Assembly: GCF_032062105.1 (NCBI RefSeq)
Contig: NW_026931392.1
Span: forward strand, 124,001 to 188,000
Length of the DNA: 64,000 nt
From: Saccostrea cucullata
Taxonomy: Eukaryota
Reading direction: 5' to 3'
A program made the translations under genes and the position numbers. Shown here one piece after another: positions 25,701-38,500 of the stretch (the stretch's first letter is position 1; each line of letters starts with the position of its first letter). Under the pieces are notes generated by a model, which ran no database searches, was not told where the DNA came from, and saw nothing but the letters and a program-made list of their open reading frames with translations.

Positions 25701-28700
25701 GTCAAACGAAGAAAGAAAGGCCCTGGATGCAAAAAATGAAATGTAACGTAAAATGTTTTTTTTAAATCCCGCTTTTAAGCCAACATTTTCTTTTAATCTT
25801 TATGTACATTAAAGAAGATTTTACTTTTTTAAAAAAAATGTACGAAAATTTGACATTCAAACTCTGGTCCTGATCTATGAATGCTTATGTTTGATCTCTT
25901 AAGTTCCAAAAAAGGAAAGACTTAAGGTTGTTAAAACGTTAAACTAAAACTAGAAAATTTTATAGACCTCGGTAATCAGGAAATTCCATTAAGATCCACG
26001 ATCTGTACCGAGAAGTGAGAAGTGTAATAAAACAGCGCGATTAAAAGGCAGAAAGGCAACGCAATTCATCTCAACAACTCCGAGGATCTCGTGAAAAAAC
26101 GGGTAATCGCGATTTACAGTCGCGGATTGAGGATACTTTAAAACTTAAAAACGTAATGTACTAATGGTGTGATGAAATAAAAGATGTTATTTTCACATGA
26201 TTGAGCCTTTTTTTTTTAAATTTGGAGTACACGAGATACCGTATCCTCGTTTCAGAGCCGAGTGTTCGGTTTTGTCTAACATAAACAAAACAGAAAATTG
26301 TAGAATATTTATACCCGTCTGAATTATTTATTTAAGTTCCTGCAGAGAACGCAGTGTTTCAAACAGGTAATGCCATTTTCGTGTTTTTAAAGGTTAAGCT
26401 TGGTTTTGTACAACAATGGAGGGCATTAAATGTATGAGCTATTGTCATGAATTGTCATGGATATGAAAAAAAACTAACCTAGATGTTTCAGACTACTTTC
26501 CAAGGAACGTCGACTTTGCATTTGTGAAAATAATAAAACTATTAAATTTGTATCCCTAAATTCTTTTGATATATGCAGAGCAGGAATAGTAATCAAGCTT
26601 AGAAATCTATTCAGATAAAACAAAATTGGAGGTGGCGCAGTTGTAGCGTCTGTTTTAGAGTCGCGATGTAAAGAGTTGATTCAGACGTCGCGGGTTCGAA
26701 TCCCACTGTGGGACGTGGAGACTGGTCCTTCGGATGAGACCGTATAAACCGAGGTCCCGCGTCGCAGTAGGTTCTGGCATAAAAAAGCCCTCCCTGCTCA
26801 ATGGCCCTGAATGCTGAGTATAGGACAATGTAGTTCTCCGCCGGCAAGTGGTGGCGTCTCCATATGAGTGAAAAATTCTCGAGAGGGACGTTAAACAATA
26901 TACATGTGCAATCAAATTCGGACCTCTTAATACTTCAAAGTGGGATCAGGTACCATGGAGGAGTAAGCATCCCTTGTCGATCGGTAAAACCCACTGTGTG
27001 CTCCTTGTCATTATCAAGCAAACGAGAAAGAAATTCTTAGACAATTGCAACATACATATTATTGGTTATGAAGATTTTTCAATAAAAATATACATAAAAT
27101 TGTAGGGAACATTTTTTTCATATAAATATATTTCAATAAAGTCATAGGTGAACAAAATCGTTCGAATGTTTTTGGAATTCAATCTAATTTCATACCAGCC
27201 TTGACACGCATGCTCCGACTAGATATTCTTCCTCCGCTGTTGTATGCAATGCACTTATACGAAGATGCATGTACGTCGTTTCGGAAGTCATTACGCTGAA
27301 AAGGATGGAAAAACAATGTGTTGTTGGGTAATATCTGAAGAATCCCGGGTACGTCTTCCACTGGAGTATCATCTTCTTTTACCCAGTCGAGAGTAGGAGC
27401 AGGTCTACCGTGGGCCGTACACTGGACGGACGCGCCTTTGGTGTTGGCAAATGGCAGAGATGAAGGAGGCTCCGTCAGAAAAATAGGTCCTCCTATGATG
27501 TCAAATGGTGATTCTGTTGTTCTTGCTATAAAAAAAAGATCGTACTATCAAAGATTCTCCAAATGTCTTTGATGGTGATTAAAAACAAGATTATTTTTTA
27601 TATATTTATTTTTCCAGAAAATGGACAGCATTTATAATTTAATTGTAAGTATATTTTTATGTCACCTTTTTTGTGCTAACAAAGTGGCACTAAACATATA
27701 TGTAAAATATGTGTACCCCTTACCATGATTATATAAAAAAATATAATTATATCATTCCTACGTATTCTCCAAATCCATGATTCCAGAAATAAAAAGATGC
27801 TGTCATAAGACAATTTTACCTACAAGTAAGTGTTTGCCTCCAAAATTATTCTCCCGTTTACCGAGTTATCTATACAGTGAAGAAGCAACACCAGTTTTTC
27901 CCTTAATTTATGTAAAAATACATGTGTCAAATTTATCATCAACTTTGCATATGAGCTTTTCATATTAATATTTTATACAATCTAATAATCAATCGAAAAA
28001 TGAATTAAATGAAGCATACACTCTGTTTGAAAAGGAGTTTTGGAAGGAAAGCATTTTGCAAGTTATTTTCGGGATTGAAGTAACATAAAGGATAGAAAAG
28101 AAAATTATATATCTTAACCTATCTATAATATTCCGCCAATCAATTTCTGAAAGTTGATAAGGTACTGCATAAAATGTACGAGGACTTTGGGGTAAGCTTT
28201 TCTAACGATAAAAGTTTTGCCGAGAATTTCAATCTCTCATAAAAATGAATATTGCACAAATCTTGCGAATTCGACATCACCTATTTTATTATGAAAGATG
28301 AATTTGCAACCACGTAAAATATGAAAAGGGTGATAGGAACCAAATTTAAACAAACACTTCGAACACTAGTTGGTCAAAAGGTGCACATGAACAAGATCTC
28401 GCCGATAACATTCCAAATATGACTTAAATACTGCGTAAATGTAGGAAGGTACTCGCGAAGCAGATTTTCATAGAAAAATGTCTTTTCCGATTCGCAGTAA
28501 CTCCCCCATTCTATAAACCCCAATGTACATATCAGGACACCAACTATCGTCTTCCAAAAGATAAATTTGCCACAGCTTAAATTGTGAGAAGAGTTTGAGG
28601 GAAAAGATGATGTGAAAGAAGGACGAAAGAGGATAACAACAATATACCTGAACGTTTTTAAAGAAAATGCTTATAGGGTGAATTCACCATGCATCGGATA

Positions 28701-31700
28701 CCCTTGTACTTCAACAAGTTCTAGCGATATCGCTACCGACGGAAAATTATCAAAATGGAGTTTAACATTTAGTTTGTGATTAAAATATCAATTTGGGACA
28801 CAATTATATGCCCTTTATTTAGAAAATATCTCAAAAATCGAGTTTTTGAATAACTCAAAATTCACCAATCGGACATTGTTTTAAAACATTTTGACTGGAT
28901 AAATACATACCTTTATTAAAGTGCTTTAAAATCCTTGATATGGATATATTTTTATCTTTTATAAGAATTAACCCTCAATTTAAATCTAATTGACGATATC
29001 GTTGCACAAATGTAGAACGATTCAAGAACTCTGCCTTAAAAATGCTTTAAAAAGTTCAAATTTTTATATATAAAATGTACCTCTCATTTAAAAAGAAAAG
29101 CTGCATCTAACAACACTGCGCTGCTGATATCAGCAGTTAAATTGGATTTTAATAGCTCAATTTGGGGAAAACCTTATCATTTTTTTTGCCAGATGGCTAG
29201 AGTCAATGTGTTTATGACTGCAGAAAAATAAAATTCCTTCTTTCAGAAATAAGCTAATTTAAGCAATTGTCAATTTATAGGAATTAAATTAACATCCTTT
29301 TTTGAAACATTAGAACTTTAAAAAGTTTTAATTCAAATCATGTAAAATAATACAACCTTTGCAGCTAAGTTTTTAATTAAAGTTAAATCTGACCAGTTTA
29401 TGGCTTTTTATTATTTATTCTTTCTTTTATTTTCCTGAATTCTGAAACACTAGAAGCATAGGAATGTGAAATTGTATTTATTATAATATATTCAGATCCA
29501 AAATTAAACTGCACACACTTAATTGGCACATTTTCACAACTTGATTCCAACATGATAGTGTTTACACTTAGAGCCAAATGGCCTGCAATACGTCATAAAA
29601 GTGAGGATTGTGGGAAATATTTAGCAAGCGCGATAATTTATCAACATGGCAGCCTCCAGCAGCCAGTTTACTTATAACTTTGATGTGTTATTACTTTATA
29701 ATTAAGTTAAAACAAATGGCAGTAACAGGTAAAATTCATTATTGACCATTCAATGAATGAGATATCAAAAAGTTTTTTTTGCCTTTTTTCATGGTTTATC
29801 ATACTCTGGTTTGTAGAAATAAATTGAGTCAAATTCCAGACGTCATACATCGATAACCTGTATTTTGACTGAAAATATAGAGTTTTTATTTTCCTTTTCC
29901 GCAAAAAACAGCTATCAGCTGGGTTCTGTATGAAAATGGTAGTGCTTACCTTTGCATCGGAAAGTGTCCGATGCATGGTTAATTTGTGTCCGATGTACGG
30001 AGAAATGAACATACTAGTGAAAACCAGCTTTTAAAAGAATTATACGAACATTGAAGTGAAATTTCTTTAAAATTTATGTTAAATTATCAATCTTTGATTT
30101 TATTCACCAAAGTCTGCCTCGTTCCGTTGAAGTCGAATTTTAAGAACGATAACTCTAAAAATCGCAAAATCTTAAATTGATGATATAAAATATGACGTAA
30201 CTTCAAGGCCTTGGTATTTTTATCACAACATGATAATAACAATCGGTATCATTAAAAAATTTAAGTCTTCAGCTTCAAGACAGAAACAAATAAATACACG
30301 GAACTCTTAAGTTGAAAGAGAGTTTATTGTCTAAAGTTGTCCGATGCAAGGTATGTGTCCGATGCATGGTGAATTCACCCTAATGATAATGAAGAACTTT
30401 TATGTGAAAGCTTTCTTGTGAAGATTAAAACAAGTACAACATTAAAGGTCAGCATGCATCCTCAAAGAAAAAGTTAATATAAAAATGTTCTCATGTACCT
30501 CCCAGTTTCTGATTTTTTTTATGAATATGGAAACATCATCTTGGATATTGCAAACTTAAAGGACAGAAGGGAAAAAGTACACTCTATATGAATATAAAGG
30601 CAGATTTAACAGTTGTCTTGAGTACTTCGATACAAATTTTCAAATAGTTTGCAAGCTTACTCATATAACGAAGATTTAAAATTGTTCAATATGGATACTA
30701 ACATTACACAATGAATCTACAAGAAAGACTACCTTCTGTGTATGGAAACATTTGATCACATCCTGCTCTGATTGATGTAGATCTTGGACTATTTGTCACA
30801 TTGTGAATTGTAGAATTGGACGTAAAATTTCTGACCCTTTATGAGGCAGAAAATGCATGTATTTAATAATTTAGATTATCATATTTAGAATTTTTGAAAA
30901 ATAGATACTGCTTTTTGCAGGATTATTTTATGTTAAGAAGAATAAAACAATGAAAACCCAAAAATACAGTTGCAAAAAGACTGTTTAAGTTGTCAACTTG
31001 ATCTGCGATCTTAAACGTATTATTTACAATTATGTTGTTTTCAGTATGCATTTGTGTATCGTTTTATATTCATTTGACAAGTACATTTATCTTTGAAACG
31101 TTTTATAAAAGTACTGAAGTCAATATGAGTTTGATGCTTTTGATATGTAGGGATCATTTGGTATCTTGCACTATACTTTTTACATGTTTGTAATTTCTAT
31201 AGCATGCATTAAATGATGTCCTACTGAGGTGTAATTATTAAGATTTGTATCTTAGGGAAGCTCTGAAGCTTTACTCCGGGTCTGCCGTCGCAATTATTTG
31301 CATCTCGAGGACTGCGGTGCGCGCTGAAGCCATAATGTCACAGGACAACGATTCATCTTCTGCGTCACTTCCGGAGTTCACAGGATGACGGTCCTGATGC
31401 AACGGAAATTTGAGATTTCGAGATTGCAGTGGAAGAGAGACTATTTTTCTAGAGGCACTGCGAACTTGATTGATCGCCATATAAGCAATCATTTTCATCG
31501 GTCAACAAAGAAGCTGACTTAGGTAATCACTCGTGGAACGAAACCGCGGAATCCGGAACAATCAACTCTTGCGTTATGAATCATATTCGGTATAGATTAC
31601 ATAACAAACCTTGACCTAGGAAAACTGCTGTGAGGAGCGCACATAGTAACAACGAAAAATCGTTCGGTTATGAGCGGTGGCGTGGATACTTGCAATTTGT

Positions 31701-32468
31701 CACCCAGCGGCAACAATTAAGGCGTGATTCTTGTCACATTAGTCGTTTACGAACTTCCGGTTAAGTGTGCTCCTCTAATGGCAAAGTATAATCTCTGGCC
31801 ATTTATTGGATTGTGTAGTCTGAACATTTTTTAGAATAAATCAAGGTAAATAAAGTAAATCACGCTTCAAGGAAACGTTTACTTTGCGTGCTTCAAATAA
31901 TGACGTGATAATAACAATAAAAATCCCATTTCTGAGTAAAATTTTGTTAGATTTTAAATTTGTTTGTAGGGTTGTAAACCTAACTAACTGTGAAGGGTAC
32001 AGAGTCAGGTTAAATGACCGAGAAAGACTTACATAATGGTACATAAGTTTATGGAGAGAGTCTTTGTATCTCCGCACCATTTTTACATCCAATGCCTGGT
32101 TCTTATTCAAACATTACACACAAGACGTATTTAATTTGAAGCAAAGGATTTTCTTTGACGTTTCATTTTGCAAAAATAAAAAAAAACATGATTGATAAAA
32201 TGATGATACATTGCAGGGAAATTACTTAAAAAACAGCCCACTTTCTATGTACTTATTCATCACTAGTATTAATTATGTTTGATTAGGATTTTTGTTTTCA
32301 TAGATTTATCATTTTTCATGACGAGCTGCCACAGGGTAGAAATAACTAAATTGGAACTGCAAACTGTCACTGATAACAGAAACACGATTATTGAATCTTC
32401 AAATTATAAACGGCTCTTAATATTTGTATGGTAAATAAAAAGAAAAAGATATGTTATTCATTAACAGA

Positions 32469-32511
<43 letters not shown>

Positions 32512-35500
32512 TACTGCACTCTAACCGCTATTTTAAAGAAAATCAATCTAGATAAACAAAATTGATTAATTAATGGTTGCTCTCTGCAACATTATATTTC
32601 GTCTTTGTATAAGCAATCGGTTGTTTTTGTTCCAAAACTCAAATATTTGGGCGGCCAGGAGTCCTCAAACTTCCTGAAAAGGACGAATTAATGGCATTCA
32701 ATATAAAAAAAAAACTGCAGATTTATCATATTCAGATGAATAATTTTCGATAAAACCCAGGGATCGGACACCTAACACCTCCGATCAGAGCCGAGGCGGA
32801 ATCAGCAGACCGCAATCAAATACAGATTTTTCATTAAACAAATGTGGCAACACAATACACCGTGTTTTTGCCTATTGCATGTCCTGTCCTTAATTTTCTA
32901 TCAGGTCCTTTGTTTGGCATGCATTTGAAAGCATGAAATTCTAGTCTGTCTCCTCCAATATAATGCATATTATTTATAAGGGCTTTGAGTCTGTGATTCT
33001 GTCGAACTCGGTTTTAACAGATAAATCGCTACCAAAGCCTATATATTGGTTTACATTTCCATAACTGATTATGGTGCCAGTAAGAATCTGTGTTAATGGT
33101 AAACAAATTTTATTTACGATATCAATGTATTTTTCTGTTGCAGAAAGTTAATCTGTGTCAAAGAATCGTTATTTTTTCAATATCCCTTATTAAGTTTTGA
33201 TTTATTGTGTTTTGCGTTGCCTTTAACGCAAAATTTAACACTCATAGAGCAAGCTTGTACATTCTGCATTAATCTCGACGCAAAAAGTAATACCGGTAAT
33301 ACAAAGCGTAATAATCATTTTTTTTATTATTATTATTTTTAAAATTACTTTAAGCGTTATTGCATTTTGCGTTTAATCTCGACGCAAAATGTTTAAATGC
33401 AAATTGTAATAATACTATAGTTTATCACATTTTGCATTGATACTACATTTTGCATTGTAACACCCCTTTAGGCTTACTATAATTATCATACAAGTATAAT
33501 AAACAGCAAATGGGTGTTCTGTATCTAAAGTGACCATCATACAGGTGATAAACCAAGCATGAATATTTGCTGATTAAGCATTCAGAGCAGTACTTTACAG
33601 TGGCCAGTATGTTTATGAACTATAACGGAAGGATGCACTGTATATCTCACAGACAATACACACCAGAGCGGTTAATCCAATTACTTTTATTATTGACACT
33701 ATAAATAAGTTAATGGATTTGTATGGAGTGAGCCTAGAGCTCCTCGCGAAAATTACCTCTTTGGCCTGCAATTAATTCCATGCAGAAATATCGACTTTTT
33801 AATGACGCAATGTCGAGAGACAAACGATTCTTAATTTTCAACAAGCGTTGTTTCCACAGAAGGAAATGCAGGTTTGCTGTAGTTCTCTGCCTGGATATTT
33901 TAATAACAGATAAATCATGGACTGAGTTTAGACAAAAATACTTAATCCAAATGAAAAACAAACCATTGCGTCGCAATATATTTTTTTTGTAACAACCTGA
34001 GATTTATCGATATAATGGAAGAAACTGTTATTTGTTCTCTGCAGTTTTGGATAGTAAAAACTAGTTTTCCGTTTGCTTAAAGTAGATGGCTTAACTGTGT
34101 TCTGTGTTCTTCCTCATCATAAGCCCATTTCCCAGTAGCCCAATTTTCCAAATTTAACAAGAAGAAAGCCTGGAGTATTTTGATACCAATACCAAATGTC
34201 ATGATGAAATTTGTTTGAAGCAATTGACCATTTCCAAATGTACGTTAAAACGACACATAAGGCATTTTATTGTAACAGTACAGAATCGACTTTAGAAATT
34301 CATTAAAAGTAATAGCCGGAAAAACAAGTATATTGACCGCCAGTGGTGAGTCACGTTCCCTGGAGGACGTGTAATAGCGTTTTAAAACGGATTGGCCCTG
34401 ATAGTGATGCCACCAGATGCCTGTATACAGGGTACATAGATACGTACTGTGCCAGTCTACATTTATATCAATTTTCGTCCAGTATCAATTTTCTAGCCTT
34501 GTAGATTTTACTGGTATTCTTAATCATGGAATCGTTGAGGAACTGATGAAGATATACTAGTACATGTATCTTTTTCTACTTTTTATGATTGTTAAATTGA
34601 CCTTTCCTTACTTTATTGTAATTTTTTTCAGATAAAGAAGAATGGAAGTTCAAGGTCACTTTTGTATAAATAGCCTTCGCGGGACTTCTCTGATGTCATT
34701 CTAATCAATTTGACACTGTTCGTTGTGAATTATTTAGTTTACTTTGTAATTTTATTAAATCTTTATCAACCATCATATCTTGGTCAGATTCAATGTTTCT
34801 TTGCCTGAACTTGATCATGAACGCTTTAATTGGTTCCATTTTATTGTGATGGGTAGGTTTTTAACAGACAAAAAATATTAAAATATTTATCAAATGAAAC
34901 AGAATTCATTGCAAATTTTGGTATAATATGTATGAAGTACAATATTTCTTTCCATTAATAACAGAATCTAGCTCCCAATCACGTAATTTATCGCGAGATG
35001 TCATGGAGATTTTGAAAAATTCCTTGATGAAATATTTTACCACTCGACTCAATTACTTGGAGACAGATATTCTAAAAATGATGTTCGGGCTTGGTTCAGC
35101 GATCCATAACAAATTGGGGAAGACACCAAAAAAGGACAAAAAAGGGGTATCACATTCTGTAGATTTAAAACCAAATTCTGCCTCTTGGTGGGTATAATAA
35201 TCTATATTTTGTTCGAGATAATATCAAAGTATTTATCTGTGTCAAAAATGACGGAAAAATTGTTTATATGGTACATGTATGATTTTTTAACACACGCCAA
35301 TGTTTTGTCAAAGAATTCGTACGTAAAATGATTGCAAGTCGTTTGATGTATTATAAAATTTTTATTTTTGTACATAACAATAAATGGTCTAAATCTTTTT
35401 TTTTTTCAATATTTGTCATCTCTCTTTAAAGTTGTCGACAGTCATAAAGCTTCGAGCTGCTTTTTAATGGGATCACCCACATTACCAGAACCAAGTGAAC

Positions 35501-38500
35501 CTCGGGGTTAGTATTCTACTACACGATTCTAAGGAAGAACATTATCTTGAGTCGTTAGTGTGAACTTATTTGAGTACCAGTATCAATGAATAAGAAATTT
35601 AAACTTTATCTTTTGCTATTGCAAGCAATAGAAATGTCAATCGGAAGACAACATCATCCGTTTACCTCTACAGTGCAAAGTGTAGATAAATGAAGACCAA
35701 GCAATTTTTTATTTTTGAACATAAAAACCAGAAATGAAATCCTTTTTTTATAACAAAAACAGGCGTCCTGGGAATTTTAAACAATAGAACCCTTGGACAT
35801 TAAAAGTTTTTATTAAATTTAAGCAAAAGTATCTCATTTTTTTAGGGCAACATGGACAAAGATTGAATAAAAGTTTGATTAGCAAAAACCTTCTAGGGAA
35901 GAAATTGCTTCGATTATATGCAAGGAATAACCCTCCAATCTTAAAGAAGTTGGTAGAACAGTATTGCTTCTCAGGAAAATGTAAAGTTTTCAAATTATAA
36001 TTTTCGAGGTGCCCTTGTCAAATGTAAACATTTTGAAAATCAAGTGTTGCATGCTCACAAATAACTTTGGTGATTGTTATTGAAAAGTATAGATCGTCCT
36101 AGCTCTCCATGATCTTCCATGGACACAATTGTTGCTTGTAAAATAATAGTATGTATCTCAACTTCTTGACGTTGACATAATGACTATTTTATGGATATTT
36201 GATGCACAAAACTTCAATTTTGTTGATTTTTTGAAGGAATATAAATTTCTTATGAGATTTAGAATGAGCTGATAGAAGATCTTTATTTTGTTGTATGTTC
36301 CATATTTTAAAAATATTTTTTTTTAAAAATAGAGTAAGTAATAGTTCATTTGTACTTTTATTCAAACCATGATTGATCATTCTACCACAATAAATTGCAA
36401 ATGTCAATATTTCCAGTAAAACTTTCTAAAGTTACACATTTTTTTTTTTGCATATATGAATATGGCTTATGAATGGGGACATGTCGTGTTATATATTTGT
36501 TTGGGTTTTTTAATTTAAAAAAAGATAAAGTTTTAACATTTAAAATATGTAATTAATGTTGTAACCATATAAAAGTGCGAAATTTTTTTTTGTTTTTTGT
36601 TTGTTTTTTTTAATACAAATTTTGAATGTAATATATCAAAATAATGGGACACTGCGAAATGTATAAAGTTGAATTTGAACTTTTTTTCAGTAATTGTTAA
36701 TAGATACTAAATTATAACAGTGGAAATGATTTAATGTTCCGTGGTTTCATCAATATTCGTTGCACCAATTTTCAAGGATTTCATTGTTGAGCAGAACCAC
36801 GAAATTTAATGCTCATAGACGTAAGAAAAATGTTATAGATTTGCTTAGTTAATACTTTTGTCCACGAAATTATGTACCATAGAAGTTGTTTGTTTTACAA
36901 AATGCACGAAAATATATGCAAATGGATATTGATAAAACCACAGTATTATAATTCAAAACGTGTTTTTATATAAACTTTAATTTTTTTTATATAATTAACA
37001 GAAATCGCCATGAAATTAGGTAAATAGAGAACACTACTTTCACCGCATTAGTTCCATTTTCCCTTTTCAAGATGTCAATTTTTGTACTATTACCTTGATC
37101 GTCAGGTAATTTAAAACAATATAATGAGATTATTCCATTAATCGTTATCTGTACTGAGTCTTAGAGTTTTGATCTATTTGAGTAGTTACTTTTAATGGAG
37201 TGTCTCACGTTACTTGCATGTAGTCTGTCTATCAACCTCCCAAATAAATGTAACGTCACTATAATTAAAATATCTCATTTCATTTAGATTTCATTCGAGA
37301 AATAAACACATGTCGCTTTCAAATTGTTAAGTATTTGAATTTTACAAATTTACCCATTAACCTTTTGTTCTTAAGTCAGCAGTGTCACAATTAACTTCAA
37401 AGATATTCTCGCTAAAATTCTCTTTGAAAACGTACGTACATTTTACTGCTGTGTTTATTCCACTTTGAAATCTTATTAACACGATTTAAAATATAATGTC
37501 TGTTGTTAATTTTTTTAAAATTATTTTTGTGGTGATGGAAATCGTGGTGCCTAAAATGTATAATAAATTAATGTCCTTTTTTCCCTATTTCATTTTCAGT
37601 TAGCAGATTTCACGAAGTTGGCTGGTGCAAAATATCTTTGAATTAAAAAAATATTTTGCGTCGAAATTCTTTAATTTATGTCTCAGATGCTAAAAATAGT
37701 AATTTAAGAGAGACACATCCCAGACTTATTGAAAGAGGCTTAAACTTAAGCCAGATTTTCGATCATTTGTAACATGCTGTAACCGAATCCCATAACTTGT
37801 AATTAATAGAAGTCATTATGTAATACAAAACACACTCTCATTTTTCCTATAGAAATCCTTTTCCATGTGATTTTTTGACTAATGTCTGATTACATGACTT
37901 AGTCACATGGGTGTTATATTCCTACCGCCCTGTCAAAAGGTGATCTCTCTTAAAATAAATTCAGTTATATGAAATAATAAAAAAAGAAGAGTTTTTTTCT
38001 TTCTCCATGAAGATTGTTGGTCTCAAAAATTCTATGTATCAGTACTTGGCAATTTTTAATTATGTGATTTTAATTACATCAGTTCTTCGAAAATAAGTGT
38101 TACGTTTTTAAAACTCTTTCTATAACAATCTTTAGTTTTACAAAGCTTAAATGAAATGTAAATATGTAACAGAATCTATTCTGTTCATTACGTTATATGA
38201 TTTTGAATATAGGGTAATCAACACTAACAATGCATTGAAAATTGTCTTAAAATTTGCTAAACCCTGTTTTGCATTTCAATATTGTGTTTGCATTTCAATA
38301 TGGTGAAAGGTATAATCAATAAAAAAAAATAATTATATATTTGTGCATATGTATATATATTATTTTACACTAAAGATACTATTCTATTCCATTAAATTAA
38401 ACTACGTTTATTTACATGCTTTCTTTGCATCCTCTTTGCAACTAAACATGGGAATGACATAATTTTCTAGTACTTTTAGAATTAAATGCATTATGTGATG

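Noticed and set aside
26628-26710. tRNA gene
   Set aside because: A/B boxes belong to a SINE head; no complete cloverleaf, and it continues into a repeated body
31271-31498. 75-aa ORF as an alternative first coding exon
   Set aside because: No signal peptide, and its donor-like site is phase 2 whereas the Ig1 exon needs phase 1
34540-34580. CTGATGA followed by a small stem (hammerhead-like)
   Set aside because: No GAAA after stem II
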